Shown: piece after piece, positions 40,001 to 49,057 of the stretch
How positions within the stretch are numbered: the stretch's first letter is position 1
Layout of the letters: every line of letters starts with the position of its first letter
Made by a program: the position numbers and the translations under genes
Assembly: GCA_024690605.1 (NCBI GenBank)
Contig: JAILOV010000063.1
Location: 15,790 to 79,789, forward strand
DNA length: 64,000 bases
From: Lachnospiraceae bacterium
GTDB taxonomy: Bacteria; Bacillota; Clostridia; Lachnospirales; Lachnospiraceae
Direction of reading: 5' to 3'
The notes under the pieces: generated by a model
Told to the model about the DNA's origin: nothing
Seen by the model: the letters and a program-made list of their open reading frames with translations, nothing else
Database searches by the model: none

Positions 40001-40643
40001 GATGATTCGGGTTCAGGGCATTGGCCTTGAACGCGTCGATCGCCTCGTGGTTCACCATCTCGTCGAGATCCTTGTAATCCTCATCCCAGACCTCGATCTT
40101 CTGGATCTCATGGGAGGTGCGGAAGCCGTCGAAGAAGTTGATGAAGGGAAGCTTCCCCTCAAGTGCCGCCATGTAAGCGACAGGTGTGAGATCCATGACC
40201 TCCTGAACACTCGAATCGCAGAGCATTGCGACACCGGTCTGACGGCAGGCGTAAACATCGGAGTGATCACCGAAAATGTTCAGTGCATGGCTTGCCACGC
40301 AGCGTGCAGATACGTTGAAAACACCGGGGAGCCGCTCACCTGCGACCTTGTACAGATCGGGGATCATGAGCAGCAGGCCCTGCGATGCGGTATAGGTGCT
40401 GGTCAGCGCACCGGCTACCAGAGAGCCGTGCACGGCACCGGCAGCGCCCGCCTCGGACTGCATCTCCGTGATCTGTACCGTCCTTCCGAAGAGGTTCTTC
40501 TTTCCCTTCGTCGCCCACTCGTCGACATGCTCCGGCATGACGGACGAGGGTGTGATCGGATACATGGCAGCGACTTCCGTAAACGCATAAGAAGCGTATG
40601 CGGCAGCTTCGTTGCCGTCCATGGTTTTCATTTTCCTTGCCAT
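37071..40643 (-). CDS. nifJ: Pyruvate:ferredoxin (flavodoxin) oxidoreductase
   Basis: MDGNEAAA, YPITPSS, QSEAGAAG, WGLGADGT, two CxxCxxC ferredoxin motifs, FSGACAGCGE, GGDGWAFDIG. Confidence 0.97.
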   Translation of the reverse strand: MARKMKTMDGNEAAAYASYAFTEVAAMYPITPSSVMPEHVDEWATKGKKNLFGRTVQITEMQSEAGAAGAVHGSLVAGALTSTYTASQGLLLMIPDLYKVAGERLPGVFNVSARCVASHALNIFGDHSDVYACRQTGVAMLCDSSVQEVMDLTPVAYMAALEGKLPFINFFDGFRTSHEIQKIEVWDEDYKDLDEMVNHEAIDAFKANALNPNHPRQMGSAQNPDIFFQSREACNTGYDDMPAIVQKYMDKVNAKIGTDYKLFNYYGAKDAESVIVAMGSVCDTIEETIDYLVAKGEKVGVIKVRLFRPFSAKALVEAIPDTVKRIEVLDRTKEPGSLREPLALDVIAAIKGTKFEQVPVYCGRYGLGSKDTTPEQIVAVFNNTDKEVFTIGITDDVTNLSLDAGAPLITTPEGTTNCKFWGLGADGTVGANKNSIKIIGDNTDMYAQAYFDYDSKKSGGVTMSHLRFGKKPIKSTYLIHKADFVACHNPSYMRKFNMVQELVDGGSFLLNCPWSVDQLDAEIPGQVKKFMYDHKINFYIMNGSKIGVEVGMGPTRINTILQSAFFNITKIIPEADAIKFMKEAAQKTYGNKGQDVVEKNWAAIDAGADPKNLIKVEIPASWKDAKDEGLDFKKATEGRKDVLDFVNNIQTKVSAQEGNTLKVSDVLPYVDGSTPSGAAAYEKRGIAVNVPKWDPEKCIQCNVCALVCPHAAIRPVAMTEEEAAKAPKDMPVKDMTGMPGYKFSIVVSALDCTGCGSCANVCMANTMAEKKEEKPSTLVMGALAANEYQQAFFDYAVKLPTKTEVVEKFKETTIKGAQFKKPLLEFSGACAGCGETPYVKLVTQLFGDRMYIANATGCTSIWGNSSPSTPYTVNEEGKGPAWDNSLFEDNAEFGFGMVLAQNALRDEIKEQVEKIVSDGSGDAKAAAQKYLDTFADGAANGAATDALLKAIDGDSSDAAKFIKKNADFAAKKSQWILGGDGWAFDIGFGGLDHVLASGKDINVLVVNTEVYSNTGGQSSKATPIGAVAQFAAGGKQIKQKDLASIAMSYGYVYVAQISMGADMNQTLKAIAEAEAYPGPSLIIAYAPCINHGLKIKGGMAKVQTEEKRAVEAGYWHMFRYNPAAEKKFTLDSKMPTGDYQDFLDGEVRYLSLRKANPANAEKLYAASAENAKARLAYLQKLVDLYDDSQK

Positions 40644-40723
40644 ATTCGGTTTCCTCCTACCCTTGAATTTTGTTTGCCTGACGCCGCCCGCGGAGCGCGC
40701 GGCGCAGAATGATGCCAACTACC

Positions 40724-40752
40724 ATCCTATCATCCGGCGTCCGAACTGTCAA
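40724..40752 (-). promoter_or_regulatory. sigma-A promoter of PFOR
   Basis: Minus strand TTGACA-17 bp-TAGGAT. Confidence 0.55.
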
Positions 40753-40872
40753 CGGCGCAAAACTTTATATATCGCGTGTTTTCTTACTGTTTCCATCCTT
40801 TGCGATCCGGTCCTCCGGGATCCTGCGACCTGTGTTTTCGCTGTTAGCGGGCGCTAAATTTCTTTCATCCAC

Positions 40873-40901
40873 TTGCATTGTCCACCGTGATGCTTTATGA
40901 T
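40873..40901 (+). promoter_or_regulatory. sigma-A promoter of ferredoxin
   Basis: TTGCAT-17 bp-TATGAT. Confidence 0.55.
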
Positions 40902-40943
40902 GACCATGATACTGATCGTCAGATCACAGGAAGGAGACTTATT

Positions 40944-41114
40944 ATGGCATACGTAATCAACGACACCTGCATCAGCTGCGGCTCCTGTGCCGCTCAGTGC
41001 CCGGTCAGCGCGATCTCTCAGGGCGATTCCCAGTACAATATCGACGCGGACACCTGCATCGACTGCGGTTCCTGCGCCGCCCAGTGCCCGGTCAGCGCGA
41101 TCAGCCAGGGCTGA
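40944..41114 (+). CDS. 2[4Fe-4S] clostridial-type ferredoxin (56 aa)
   Basis: MAYVINDTCISCGSCAAQCP...CIDCGSCAAQCP; RBS AAGGAG. Confidence 0.95.
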   Translation: MAYVINDTCISCGSCAAQCPVSAISQGDSQYNIDADTCIDCGSCAAQCPVSAISQG

Positions 41115-41127
41115 GCTGAAAACGGCA

Positions 41128-41160
41128 AAGAAAAAGCGTCCCGAACGGGACGCTTTTTTC
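41128..41160. terminator. Bidirectional terminator between ferredoxin and dnaB
   Basis: aaaaagcgtccc-gaac-gggacgcttttt. Confidence 0.85.
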
Positions 41161-41183
41161 ATGCACTTTTTTCTGTGGTTCTT

Positions 41184-42524
41184 TCATTTCGCCAGGGATT
41201 CAAACCGCGTGAACTGCGGCTGCCACACCAGTTCCACCGTGGCGAGCGGGCCGTTTCTCTGCTTGGCGATGATGATATCCGCCAGATTCTTGCGCTCGGT
41301 ATCTTTTTTGTAGTAGTCCTCCCGATAGATGAACATGACCACATCGGCATCCTGTTCGATGGCACCCGATTCACGAAGATCCGAGAGCAGAGGGCGCTTG
41401 TCCGGACGCTGCTCCACGGCACGGGAGAGCTGTGAGAGCGCGATCACCGGGATATTGAGCTCGCGTGCCAGTGCTTTTAACGATCGTGAGATCTCGGAGA
41501 TCTCCTGCTGCCTGGATTCGGAAGACCGGCCGCCGGAGCCGCTCATCAGCTGCAGGTAGTCGATGAACACGGCGCTGATGTTCTTCTCCGCCTTGTATCG
41601 GCGGCAGCGCGAGCGCAGCTCATTCACCGAAATACCGGCCGTATCGTCAATGATCAGATCCGTCCGTCCGAAGACATCGGCACTCTGGATCAGCTCCGAC
41701 CAGTCGTTTTCGGAGAGGTCGCCGGTCCGGATGTTGTGCGAATCCACGCGGGAATGCATGGACAGCATACGGTTGATCAGCTGGATCCGGGACATTTCCA
41801 GCGAGAACAGCGCGACCGCCTGATGTCCGCGGACCAGCATGTTCTGTGCGATATTCAGTGCGAACGCCGTCTTGCCCATGGAGGGACGGGCCGCGATGAG
41901 GATCAGATCCGACGGCTGAAAACCCGAGGTGTAGTAGTCCAGGTCCTGAAAATGCGTCGCCACGCCGGTGACGTTGCCGTGGACTCTGCTCGCCGCCTCG
42001 ATCCTTGCGAGTGCCTCGGCGATCGTCCGGCGGATCGGTTCATAATCCCCCGCGTTCTTCTTCTGGGTGATCGCAAAGACCTTGCTCTCGGCCTCGTCCA
42101 GGATCTCCTGCGTGTTGCCGCCGGTGTAGCACCGGTTCTCGATCTCTCTGGTCGTGCGGATCATGCGGCGAAGCGTCGCACGCTCCGCGATGATCGTCGC
42201 GTAATCACCGGCATTGGCCACCACCGGAGCCCCGTTGATGAGCGACGCGATATAGGAGAGATCGGACACCTGCGGCGGCGCGTTGTTCTCTCTGAGACGC
42301 TCCTGCAGGGTGACCTCGTCGATCGCCCTGCGCTCATTGAACAGGGAGACGATCGAATCAAACATGAGCCCCAGCTGCCGGTCATAGAAATCCTCACCGG
42401 TGATGAGACTCGCCGCCTTATCGATCGCTTCCGGATCCACCAGCATCGCGCCGATCACGGACTGCTCCGCTTCGAGCGAATGCGGCATCGCGCGCGTTAT
42501 ATTACTCCCGTTTTCCTCGGGCAT
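41184..42524 (-). CDS. dnaB: Replicative DNA helicase (DnaB family; DnaC in Bacillus naming)
   Basis: PHSLEAEQSVIGAML, AARPSMGKTAFAL, FSLEM, IDYLQLM, DLRESGAIEQDAD. Confidence 0.97.
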   Translation of the reverse strand: MPEENGSNITRAMPHSLEAEQSVIGAMLVDPEAIDKAASLITGEDFYDRQLGLMFDSIVSLFNERRAIDEVTLQERLRENNAPPQVSDLSYIASLINGAPVVANAGDYATIIAERATLRRMIRTTREIENRCYTGGNTQEILDEAESKVFAITQKKNAGDYEPIRRTIAEALARIEAASRVHGNVTGVATHFQDLDYYTSGFQPSDLILIAARPSMGKTAFALNIAQNMLVRGHQAVALFSLEMSRIQLINRMLSMHSRVDSHNIRTGDLSENDWSELIQSADVFGRTDLIIDDTAGISVNELRSRCRRYKAEKNISAVFIDYLQLMSGSGGRSSESRQQEISEISRSLKALARELNIPVIALSQLSRAVEQRPDKRPLLSDLRESGAIEQDADVVMFIYREDYYKKDTERKNLADIIIAKQRNGPLATVELVWQPQFTRFESLAK

Positions 42525-42577
42525 TCCGCTTCTCCTCTGTCCGGCCTGCGAAACGACCGGTCCTCACACTGCCGTTC

Positions 42578-43027
42578 TCAGTCCTTTTGCACCACCATGA
42601 CGGTCAGCGTCGCCGTCACCTCGGGATGCAGCTTCACCGGCAGCTTCACCGTGCCGAACGCCTTGATCGGTTCGTCAAGCACGATCTTCTTCTTGTCGAT
42701 ATCAAGATCGTGCTGTTTCTTTGCAGCGGCTGCGATCTCCTTGGTCGAAACGGCGCCGAAGACCTTGCCGCTCGTGCCGCCCTTCATGCCGATCTCCACG
42801 GTCACGGCTCCGATCTGTTCCGCCATGGCTCTGGCGTCCTCCAGACGCACCGCGGCCAGCTTGTCCTCGCGTCTCTTCTGATTCTTCCACTCGTTCATGT
42901 TCTTTTCGTTGGCGGGGACACCCAGCTTCTGCGGGATCACATAGTTCTTGGCATAGCCGTCACTCACCTCAACGATCTCGCCGCGTTTGCCAAGCTTCTT
43001 CACGTCCTCGGACAGAATGATCTTCAT
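42578..43027 (-). CDS. rplI: 50S ribosomal protein L9
   Basis: MKIILSEDVKKLGKRGEIVEVSDGYAKNY, GKVFGAVST. Confidence 0.96.
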   Translation of the reverse strand: MKIILSEDVKKLGKRGEIVEVSDGYAKNYVIPQKLGVPANEKNMNEWKNQKRREDKLAAVRLEDARAMAEQIGAVTVEIGMKGGTSGKVFGAVSTKEIAAAAKKQHDLDIDKKKIVLDEPIKAFGTVKLPVKLHPEVTATLTVMVVQKD

Positions 43028-45087
43028 AGCGTTCCCTCCTCTATGCTCTTGTCGAGCGCATCCCGCAGGATCCCCACCGCCTCTGTCGCGGAGACCCCCT
43101 CCATCTGGCAGCCCGCCTCGTTCATGTGGCCGCCGCCGCCAAACTGCTCCATGATGACCTGCACATTGACTTCATCGATCGAACGGGCACTGACATAGAT
43201 CTTGCCCTGCCAGGGCGTGCACACGAAGCTCGCGCGGATCCCCCGGATGTTGAGCAGCTCATTGGCCGCCTGCGCACCGATGATCGTCGGACTTTCCACC
43301 TCGCCGTCCGGATCGCAGATCGAGATCGCGAAGCTTCCGCGATAGATCTCCGCCTGCGACACGGCGTCCGCGCGTGCCTTGTATTCCAGCGCGTCCTCAC
43401 GGAACAGCTTCTTGACCCGCGTCACATCCGCGCCGTTCCTGCGCAGGAATGCCGCCGCCTCAAAGGTGCGCACGCCGGTCTTTGAAGAAAAGTTGTTGGT
43501 GTCGATCATGATGCCCGCATACATGCTGTCCGCCTCCTCGGCGTGAATGCGCACATCCCCTTCGATATACTGCAGCAGCTCCGAGACCATCTCGCAGGCA
43601 GACGAAGCGTAGGGCTCCACATAGGAGAGCGTCGCGTTCTCGATGACCTCCGTTCCCTGCCTGTGATGATCGAAGACCACGATGTACTTGCAGAGACGCA
43701 GAAGTTCCGGGCACTCCGTGATGCTCGGCTTGTTGACATCAACGACCACCAGCACCGTCTCCGGGCCCACCGCGTCGATCGCCCGCGCGCTGTCCACGAT
43801 CATGTCGCTCTCATAGTCCGGATTGTCCCGGAAGAGTTCAAACAGCGGGCGAATGGAACTGGTCATCTCATTGACGACGATCTGCGCCTGATGATCGAGC
43901 GACCGTGCGATCCGGTAAATGCCGACCGCGGATCCGAAGCTGTCCGCGTCACCCTGGCGGTGACCCATGACAAGCACGTTGTCCTTGCCGGCAATGATCT
44001 CCTCGAGCGCGTGCGCCTTGACGCGGGCCTTGACCCGGGTGTTCTTCTCGACCTGCTGGCTCTTGCCGCCGTAGTAGTAGGTCGCATCCGAAGTCCTGAC
44101 GACCGCCTGATCACCGCCGCGTCCGAGTGCCAGATCGATCGCGCTGCGCGCGAATTCATAGTTCTGCGCATAGGAGAGACCGTCAAGCCCCATGCCGACA
44201 GAAAGTGTGACCGCCATCTCGTTGCCGATGTTGACCGTCTTGACATCCTCCAGGATCTCAAAGCGCGAATCGCAGAGCGCCACGCAGGAGCGTTTGGGCA
44301 TCACGAGAAAATACTTGTCCTTTTCGATCTTCTTGGCGATGCCGCCGGCGGAGGCGACATATTTGTTGACCTTTCGATCGATCAGTGCGATCAGGAGCGA
44401 ACGGCGCACTTCCTCGACGCTCTCGAGCGCCTCATCGTAGTTATCCAGGTAGATCAGACCGGCCGCCAGACTCTGGTCGTCGATCTCCTGCAGCGCAAGC
44501 TTCAGCGCCGTCTCGTCAAAGAGATAAACCGCGATCAGTCCGCCTTCATAGCCGTTCTCATCGATGATATCGCTGTTGCGTGCCATCTCGGAGAGATCGA
44601 TCCGTTTCATCTGGAGGGAGAAGCTCTGCTCGCCGTATTCGACGTTCATCTGCACCTCATCCAGTTCGTCGCCCGCTACCGGGAGTTTGTCCGCCGTCAC
44701 GGACGGAAAGAGCGAGGTGATGGATTTGCTGAAGCCCGCATCCTTGTGGACCGTGCGCTCAAAAGCAAGATTGGTCCAGACGATGCGCCCGGTCTCATCC
44801 AGCAGTGCGCTCGGCAGATCCAGCTGCCGGAGTAACGTCTTCTGGATCTGTCCGTATTCCGTCGCAAAGCTGATCAGCTCGTTCATGATGATCGCGCGGG
44901 AATTGAAATAAAGCAGGAAGAGCACCAGGAAATAAACGGCCGCGAAAGCGGTCAGCACCAGTCCCGCTTCCCGGCTGAAGGTATAGATGAGCACATTGAC
45001 GGCGATCATCGCGATCCCCAGCCAGAAGGAAGCCAGCAGAAAACTGTGTACTTTTCCTTTCAGTCTGATACGTCTGTTCTTTGCCAT
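43024..45087 (-). CDS. gdpP: c-di-AMP phosphodiesterase GdpP (TM-PAS-degenerate GGDEF-DHH/DHHA1)
   Basis: Two N-terminal TMs, ALGRGGDQAVV, MGHRQGDADSFGS, FDHHR, GGGGH. Confidence 0.92.
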   Translation of the reverse strand: MAKNRRIRLKGKVHSFLLASFWLGIAMIAVNVLIYTFSREAGLVLTAFAAVYFLVLFLLYFNSRAIIMNELISFATEYGQIQKTLLRQLDLPSALLDETGRIVWTNLAFERTVHKDAGFSKSITSLFPSVTADKLPVAGDELDEVQMNVEYGEQSFSLQMKRIDLSEMARNSDIIDENGYEGGLIAVYLFDETALKLALQEIDDQSLAAGLIYLDNYDEALESVEEVRRSLLIALIDRKVNKYVASAGGIAKKIEKDKYFLVMPKRSCVALCDSRFEILEDVKTVNIGNEMAVTLSVGMGLDGLSYAQNYEFARSAIDLALGRGGDQAVVRTSDATYYYGGKSQQVEKNTRVKARVKAHALEEIIAGKDNVLVMGHRQGDADSFGSAVGIYRIARSLDHQAQIVVNEMTSSIRPLFELFRDNPDYESDMIVDSARAIDAVGPETVLVVVDVNKPSITECPELLRLCKYIVVFDHHRQGTEVIENATLSYVEPYASSACEMVSELLQYIEGDVRIHAEEADSMYAGIMIDTNNFSSKTGVRTFEAAAFLRRNGADVTRVKKLFREDALEYKARADAVSQAEIYRGSFAISICDPDGEVESPTIIGAQAANELLNIRGIRASFVCTPWQGKIYVSARSIDEVNVQVIMEQFGGGGHMNEAGCQMEGVSATEAVGILRDALDKSIEEGTL

Positions 45088-45182
45088 GCGGCACCTCTCC
45101 TCATAAGGGAACTTGACAGCCTATCATAGCACATTTCCGTCCATTTGGCAAAACGCCGTGCACGGCTCTGCCTGTGCGAAAA

Positions 45183-45212
45183 ACAAGGCTGCCGCTTTCC
45201 GCGGCAGCCTTT
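45183..45212 (-). terminator. Terminator after rpsR
   Basis: aaggctgccgc-tttcc-gcggcagcctt followed on the minus strand by GTTTTT. Confidence 0.7.
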
Positions 45213-45246
45213 CCGTGTTTCGATCCACAATCGGTCTTCTGCGGCC

Positions 45247-45513
45247 TCAGTCCTCGACATAGGCCATCAGAGCAAGATGTCTGGCGCGCTTGATCGCGAC
45301 CGTCAACTCTCTCTGATGCTTCGCGCAGTTGCCGGTGATCCGGCGCGGCAGGATCTTGCCGCTCTCGGACACGAACTTCTTGAGTTTCGCGGTATCCTTG
45401 TAGTCGATACCCGCTTCCTTGCCGCAGAACGCACAGACCTTTTTCCTCCTGTGCATGCCGCCGCCCGGTCTTCTTCTCGGGGCATCGCCCCTGTCACTCT
45501 TGCCAAATGCCAT
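45247..45513 (-). CDS. rpsR: 30S ribosomal protein S18 (Zn-binding type)
   Basis: [31 protein letters not shown]. Confidence 0.97.
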   Translation of the reverse strand: MAFGKSDRGDAPRRRPGGGMHRRKKVCAFCGKEAGIDYKDTAKLKKFVSESGKILPRRITGNCAKHQRELTVAIKRARHLALMAYVED

Positions 45514-45558
45514 TGTTCCATCCTCCCATCGTCAGGATCAGTCAAGATTGTTGATCAG

Positions 45559-46023
45559 TTAGTTAAAAGGCAGCTCCTCGTCGATCCCGTCCGGGATGTT
45601 CATGAAGCCGTCCCCCGCAGCTGCCGGAGCTTCCGGTGCGGGTGCGCCGCCGCCGAAGGACGGACCGCCAAAGGAGGCTCCGCCGCCGTTTGCGTTCTTG
45701 GATTCCGCAAACTCCTGCTCCTCAATGACCACGTCGGTCGTGAAGACCTTCTGGCCATCCTTGTTGACATAGCTGCCGGTCTGGATCCGACCCGTCACCG
45801 CGATCTTCGTCCCCTTGTGAAGATATTTCTCAGCAAACTCCGCCGCCTTGCCGAACGCAACGCAGCCGATGAAATCAGCTGTCTGCGCATCGGGATTGTC
45901 GCGCCTGACGAAACGCCTGTCAACCGCAAGCGTGTAGCGCGCGACCGCGCTGGAATTCTCACCCTGGGAGTAACGAATATCGGGGTCTCTGGTCAGACGA
46001 CCCATAAGAATAACTTTGTTCAT
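45559..46023 (-). CDS. ssb: Single-stranded DNA-binding protein
   Basis: MNKVILMGRLTRDP, TGRIQTGSY, C-terminal DEELPFN. Confidence 0.97.
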   Translation of the reverse strand: MNKVILMGRLTRDPDIRYSQGENSSAVARYTLAVDRRFVRRDNPDAQTADFIGCVAFGKAAEFAEKYLHKGTKIAVTGRIQTGSYVNKDGQKVFTTDVVIEEQEFAESKNANGGGASFGGPSFGGGAPAPEAPAAAGDGFMNIPDGIDEELPFN

Positions 46024-46044
46024 AAATGCTGCATCCTTTCCGTG

Positions 46045-46335
46045 TTATGCGGCCTCGTTGCGGACACACAGATACCGGATGACATTGTCGGCGATGCGCA
46101 TGCGCTTCTCGATCTCGGCGGGCGCGGTGGGTTCCGCATCAAAGCGGATAAAGACGTAGAAGCCTTCCGTCATCTTGTCGATCTCATAGGCAAGCTTCTT
46201 CTTCCCCCAGTCGTCCACTTCCGTGATCTGACCGCCGAACCGTTCGATGAGCGCCTTGGCCTTGTCGACAACGGCGTTCTTTGCCTCGTCATCGAGCTTG
46301 GCGTTCACAACGACTGCCAGTTCGTACTTGTTCAT
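46045..46335 (-). CDS. rpsF: 30S ribosomal protein S6
   Basis: MNKYELAVVV, WGKKKLAYEIDK, EGFYV, DNVIRYL. Confidence 0.96.
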   Translation of the reverse strand: MNKYELAVVVNAKLDDEAKNAVVDKAKALIERFGGQITEVDDWGKKKLAYEIDKMTEGFYVFIRFDAEPTAPAEIEKRMRIADNVIRYLCVRNEAA

Positions 46336-46344
46336 GTTCCTTGT

Positions 46345-46391
46345 TACCTCCTTTTGGTCTTTGGCCCCCGTGGGATGCGGGAGCAAGGATC
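46345..46391 (-). ncRNA. rpsF leader (S6:S18 autoregulatory cis-element)
   Basis: Minus strand TCCTTGC-TCC...GGG-GGCC-aaa-GACCAAAAGGAGG matches my recollection of the Firmicutes rpsF leader that sequesters the SD. Confidence 0.65.
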
Positions 46392-46412
46392 GAATGTTTT
46401 CACGGAACTTGA

Positions 46413-46441
46413 ATTATAGCATGCCTGCGACTGCTATGCAA
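46413..46441 (-). promoter_or_regulatory. sigma-A promoter of rpsF-ssb-rpsR
   Basis: TTGCAT-17 bp-TATAAT with TG extension. Confidence 0.7.
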
Positions 46442-46469
46442 GGGCTTTATTCAATAGCAGTTGTTATTT

Positions 46470-47201
46470 TCACAGACGGTCCAGCACCTCACCGATGGGC
46501 GCCTGGATGACGATCCGTGCCTGCGCGTCGCGTGTGGTCGCCTGCTTGTTGATGAGCACCAGTTTGTCCCCGCGATAGTAGTCGATGAGCCCGGCGGCCG
46601 GATAGACGGCAAGGGAGGTGCCGCCGATGATCAGCATGTCCGCGTGGGAGATGAAGTATACCGACTTCTCGATCGTGCTCTGATCGAGTCCTTCTTCGTA
46701 GAGCACCACATCGGGCTTGATCGTGCCGCCGCAGTCGCATTTCGGCACGCCGTCCGCCTGCAACACGACCTCGAAGCCGTCATAGCGCTTCCCGCACTTC
46801 TCGCAGTAGTTGCGCAACACGCTTCCGTGGAGCTCCAGCACATTTTTGCTGCCGGCCTTCTGATGCAGTCCGTCAATGTTCTGCGTGACGACCGCCTTGA
46901 GCTTGCCCTCCTGTTCCCACTGCGCGAGCTTCCGGTGTGCCTTGTTCGGCTGGATATCGGGGGCCAGGAGCTTGTCCCGGTAGAATTCGAAGAATTCCTC
47001 CGTATGCGTCCGGTAAAAGGTGTGTGAGAGCATCGTTTCCGGCGGATACTTGTACTTCTGATGATAAAGACCGTCCTCACTGCGGAAATCGGGAATACCG
47101 GATTCCGTTGACACGCCCGCACCGCCGAAGAAGACGATGTTGTCACTCTCATCGGTGAGTTTTTTCAGCTCCGCGATCTGTTCCAGGATCTTCTCATCCA
47201 T
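46470..47201 (-). CDS. cobB: NAD-dependent protein deacylase (sirtuin)
   Basis: GGAGVSTESGIPDFRS, TQNIDGLH, ELHGS, CxxC...CxC, IGGTSL. Confidence 0.93.
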   Translation of the reverse strand: MDEKILEQIAELKKLTDESDNIVFFGGAGVSTESGIPDFRSEDGLYHQKYKYPPETMLSHTFYRTHTEEFFEFYRDKLLAPDIQPNKAHRKLAQWEQEGKLKAVVTQNIDGLHQKAGSKNVLELHGSVLRNYCEKCGKRYDGFEVVLQADGVPKCDCGGTIKPDVVLYEEGLDQSTIEKSVYFISHADMLIIGGTSLAVYPAAGLIDYYRGDKLVLINKQATTRDAQARIVIQAPIGEVLDRL

Positions 47202-47239
47202 TTTCGTGCCCTCCCTGCGATGTGCTATCCGACGAAGGT

Positions 47240-47662
47240 TCAGCCCAGTTCCTCCTGGGTGTAGATGTGCACCTCCTGCGTACCGATGACGTCGATCGTC
47301 TTCTCCAGATCCGAGGTCTTCAACGCCAGCGATGCGCCCTCCGCACCGACCGAAAGCGTGTACATGTACTCGATATTGATGCCCGCCTCCGTCACCGCGC
47401 CGAGGATCGCCGAGAGACTCCCCACCGTATGGGAGATGCGCACAGCGATGATGTCGCCGATCTGTGCGGTAAACTTATTCTCCTTGAGCACCTCTCTGGC
47501 CGCGGACGGATCGCTGACGATCAGCCGGAGAAGACCGAAATCACTGGTGTCCGCGAGACTTAAGGATATGATGTTGATGCCGTTTTCTTTGAGGATCTTT
47601 AACGCCTCCTCCAGACGTCCCTCGCGGTTTTCAAGAAATATGGAAAGCTGCTTCACAAACAT
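47240..47662 (-). CDS. Tandem ACT-domain protein (PaaK-associated)
   Basis: KQLSIFLENREGRL, SLADTSDFGLLRLIV, GINIEYMY. Confidence 0.88.
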   Translation of the reverse strand: MFVKQLSIFLENREGRLEEALKILKENGINIISLSLADTSDFGLLRLIVSDPSAAREVLKENKFTAQIGDIIAVRISHTVGSLSAILGAVTEAGINIEYMYTLSVGAEGASLALKTSDLEKTIDVIGTQEVHIYTQEELG

Positions 47663-47711
47663 GGCACATTCCCCTTTCAATAACATGTGATATTTGATGA
47701 TTGCCGGATCG

Positions 47712-49016
47712 TTATCCCTCGTAGAGCTTACGTTTGTCGACCACGTGCTTCGTCTTGCCCTGGCTGTGCTCAAGCGTGTCGGGCTCCACGAGCTTGACCC
47801 GCGCGTTCAGGCCGATCGCCGTTTTCAGAACGGCACGCACTTTGGAAGACAGCTCCTCCAGACCGCGGATCTCGTCGGAGAAGAAACGCTCCTCCACCTC
47901 GATCTGCACCTCCAGCGTGTCCTGATTGTCCACACGGTCAACGATCATCAGATAGTGCGGCGTCGTGCCGTCGATCGTCAGAAGCGCCGCCTCCACCTGC
48001 GTCGGGAACACGTTGACCCCCTTGATGATCAGCATGTCGTCCGTGCGGCCCTTGAAGCGCTGGATGCGGGCCATGGTCCGACCGCAGGCACATTTCTCAT
48101 ATTTCAGGCTTGTCAGATCTCTGGTCCGGTAACGGACGAGCGGCAGTCCCTCCTTGGTGAGCGTGGTGATGACCAGCTCGCCGGTCTCTCCCTCCGGCAC
48201 ATGCTTCCCGGTCGCGGGATCGATGATCTCCGGCAGGAAATGATCCTCCCAGATATGCAGGCCCGTATGGTACTCGCAGTCCGTCGCGACACCGGGTCCC
48301 ATCATCTCGGTCAGTCCGTAGATGTCATAGGCTTTGATATGCAATCTTTCCTCGATCTGCGCGCGCATCTCGTCGGTCCAGGGCTCCGCGCCGCAGATGC
48401 AGCATTTCAGATTGATCTGATCGACCCTGTTCTCCTTTTCCAGCGTCTCCGCGATGTGCAGGAGATAACTCGGCGTGCACGCAATCACCGTCGCCTGGAA
48501 GTCGATCAGCATCGTGATCAGTTTCTGCGTGTTGCCGGTCGAGACCGGGATGACCATTGCGCCGATCTTCTCCGCGCCGTAGTGTGCGCCGAGGCCGCCG
48601 GTAAAAAGTCCGTAGCCGTAGCTGACAAGCACCGTGTCCTCTCTCGTGACGCCGGCCATCGCCATGCAGCGGGCCACACCCTCCGCCCAGATGTCAATGT
48701 CACGCCGCGTGTAGGCGCCGATCTTGGGCTTTCCTGTCGTGCCGCTCGTCGCGTGGATCCTGACGATCTCCGAGCGCGGAACAGCCAGAAGTCCCAGCGG
48801 ATAGGCCTTATTCAGGTCCTCGTTCGTCATGAACGGAAGCTTCTCGATGTCCTCAACACCATTGATGTCCATGGGCTCCAGGCCGGCTTCCTGCATTTTT
48901 CTGCGGTAGTACTCCACGTTGTGGTAGACGCGGTCTACCAGTTTTTTGAGCCGTGCGCTCTGCAGTGCCTCGATATCGGCGCGCGGCATACATTCTTTGG
49001 CTTCATTCCATATCAT
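47712..49016 (-). CDS. paaK: Phenylacetate-CoA ligase family
   Basis: HATSGTTGKP, YGYGLFTGGLG, YGLTE, YRTRD, GRTDDMLIIKGVNVFP. Confidence 0.92.
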   Translation of the reverse strand: MIWNEAKECMPRADIEALQSARLKKLVDRVYHNVEYYRRKMQEAGLEPMDINGVEDIEKLPFMTNEDLNKAYPLGLLAVPRSEIVRIHATSGTTGKPKIGAYTRRDIDIWAEGVARCMAMAGVTREDTVLVSYGYGLFTGGLGAHYGAEKIGAMVIPVSTGNTQKLITMLIDFQATVIACTPSYLLHIAETLEKENRVDQINLKCCICGAEPWTDEMRAQIEERLHIKAYDIYGLTEMMGPGVATDCEYHTGLHIWEDHFLPEIIDPATGKHVPEGETGELVITTLTKEGLPLVRYRTRDLTSLKYEKCACGRTMARIQRFKGRTDDMLIIKGVNVFPTQVEAALLTIDGTTPHYLMIVDRVDNQDTLEVQIEVEERFFSDEIRGLEELSSKVRAVLKTAIGLNARVKLVEPDTLEHSQGKTKHVVDKRKLYEG

Positions 49017-49057
49017 CGTTTCGGTCCCCTTTCCGCCCGTCCCCCCGGGCTTCGTTT

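Noticed and set aside
2321-40712. Many long plus-strand ORFs antisense to core genes (e.g. 5646-7424, 16052-17635, 38514-40712)
   Set aside because: These are shadow ORFs caused by high GC and codon bias on the coding strand; they have no recognisable motifs or RBS.
40841-40860. Rex operator at PFOR/ferredoxin
   Set aside because: Arm sequence and spacing do not fit TTGT(G/T)AA-N4-TT(C/A)ACAA.
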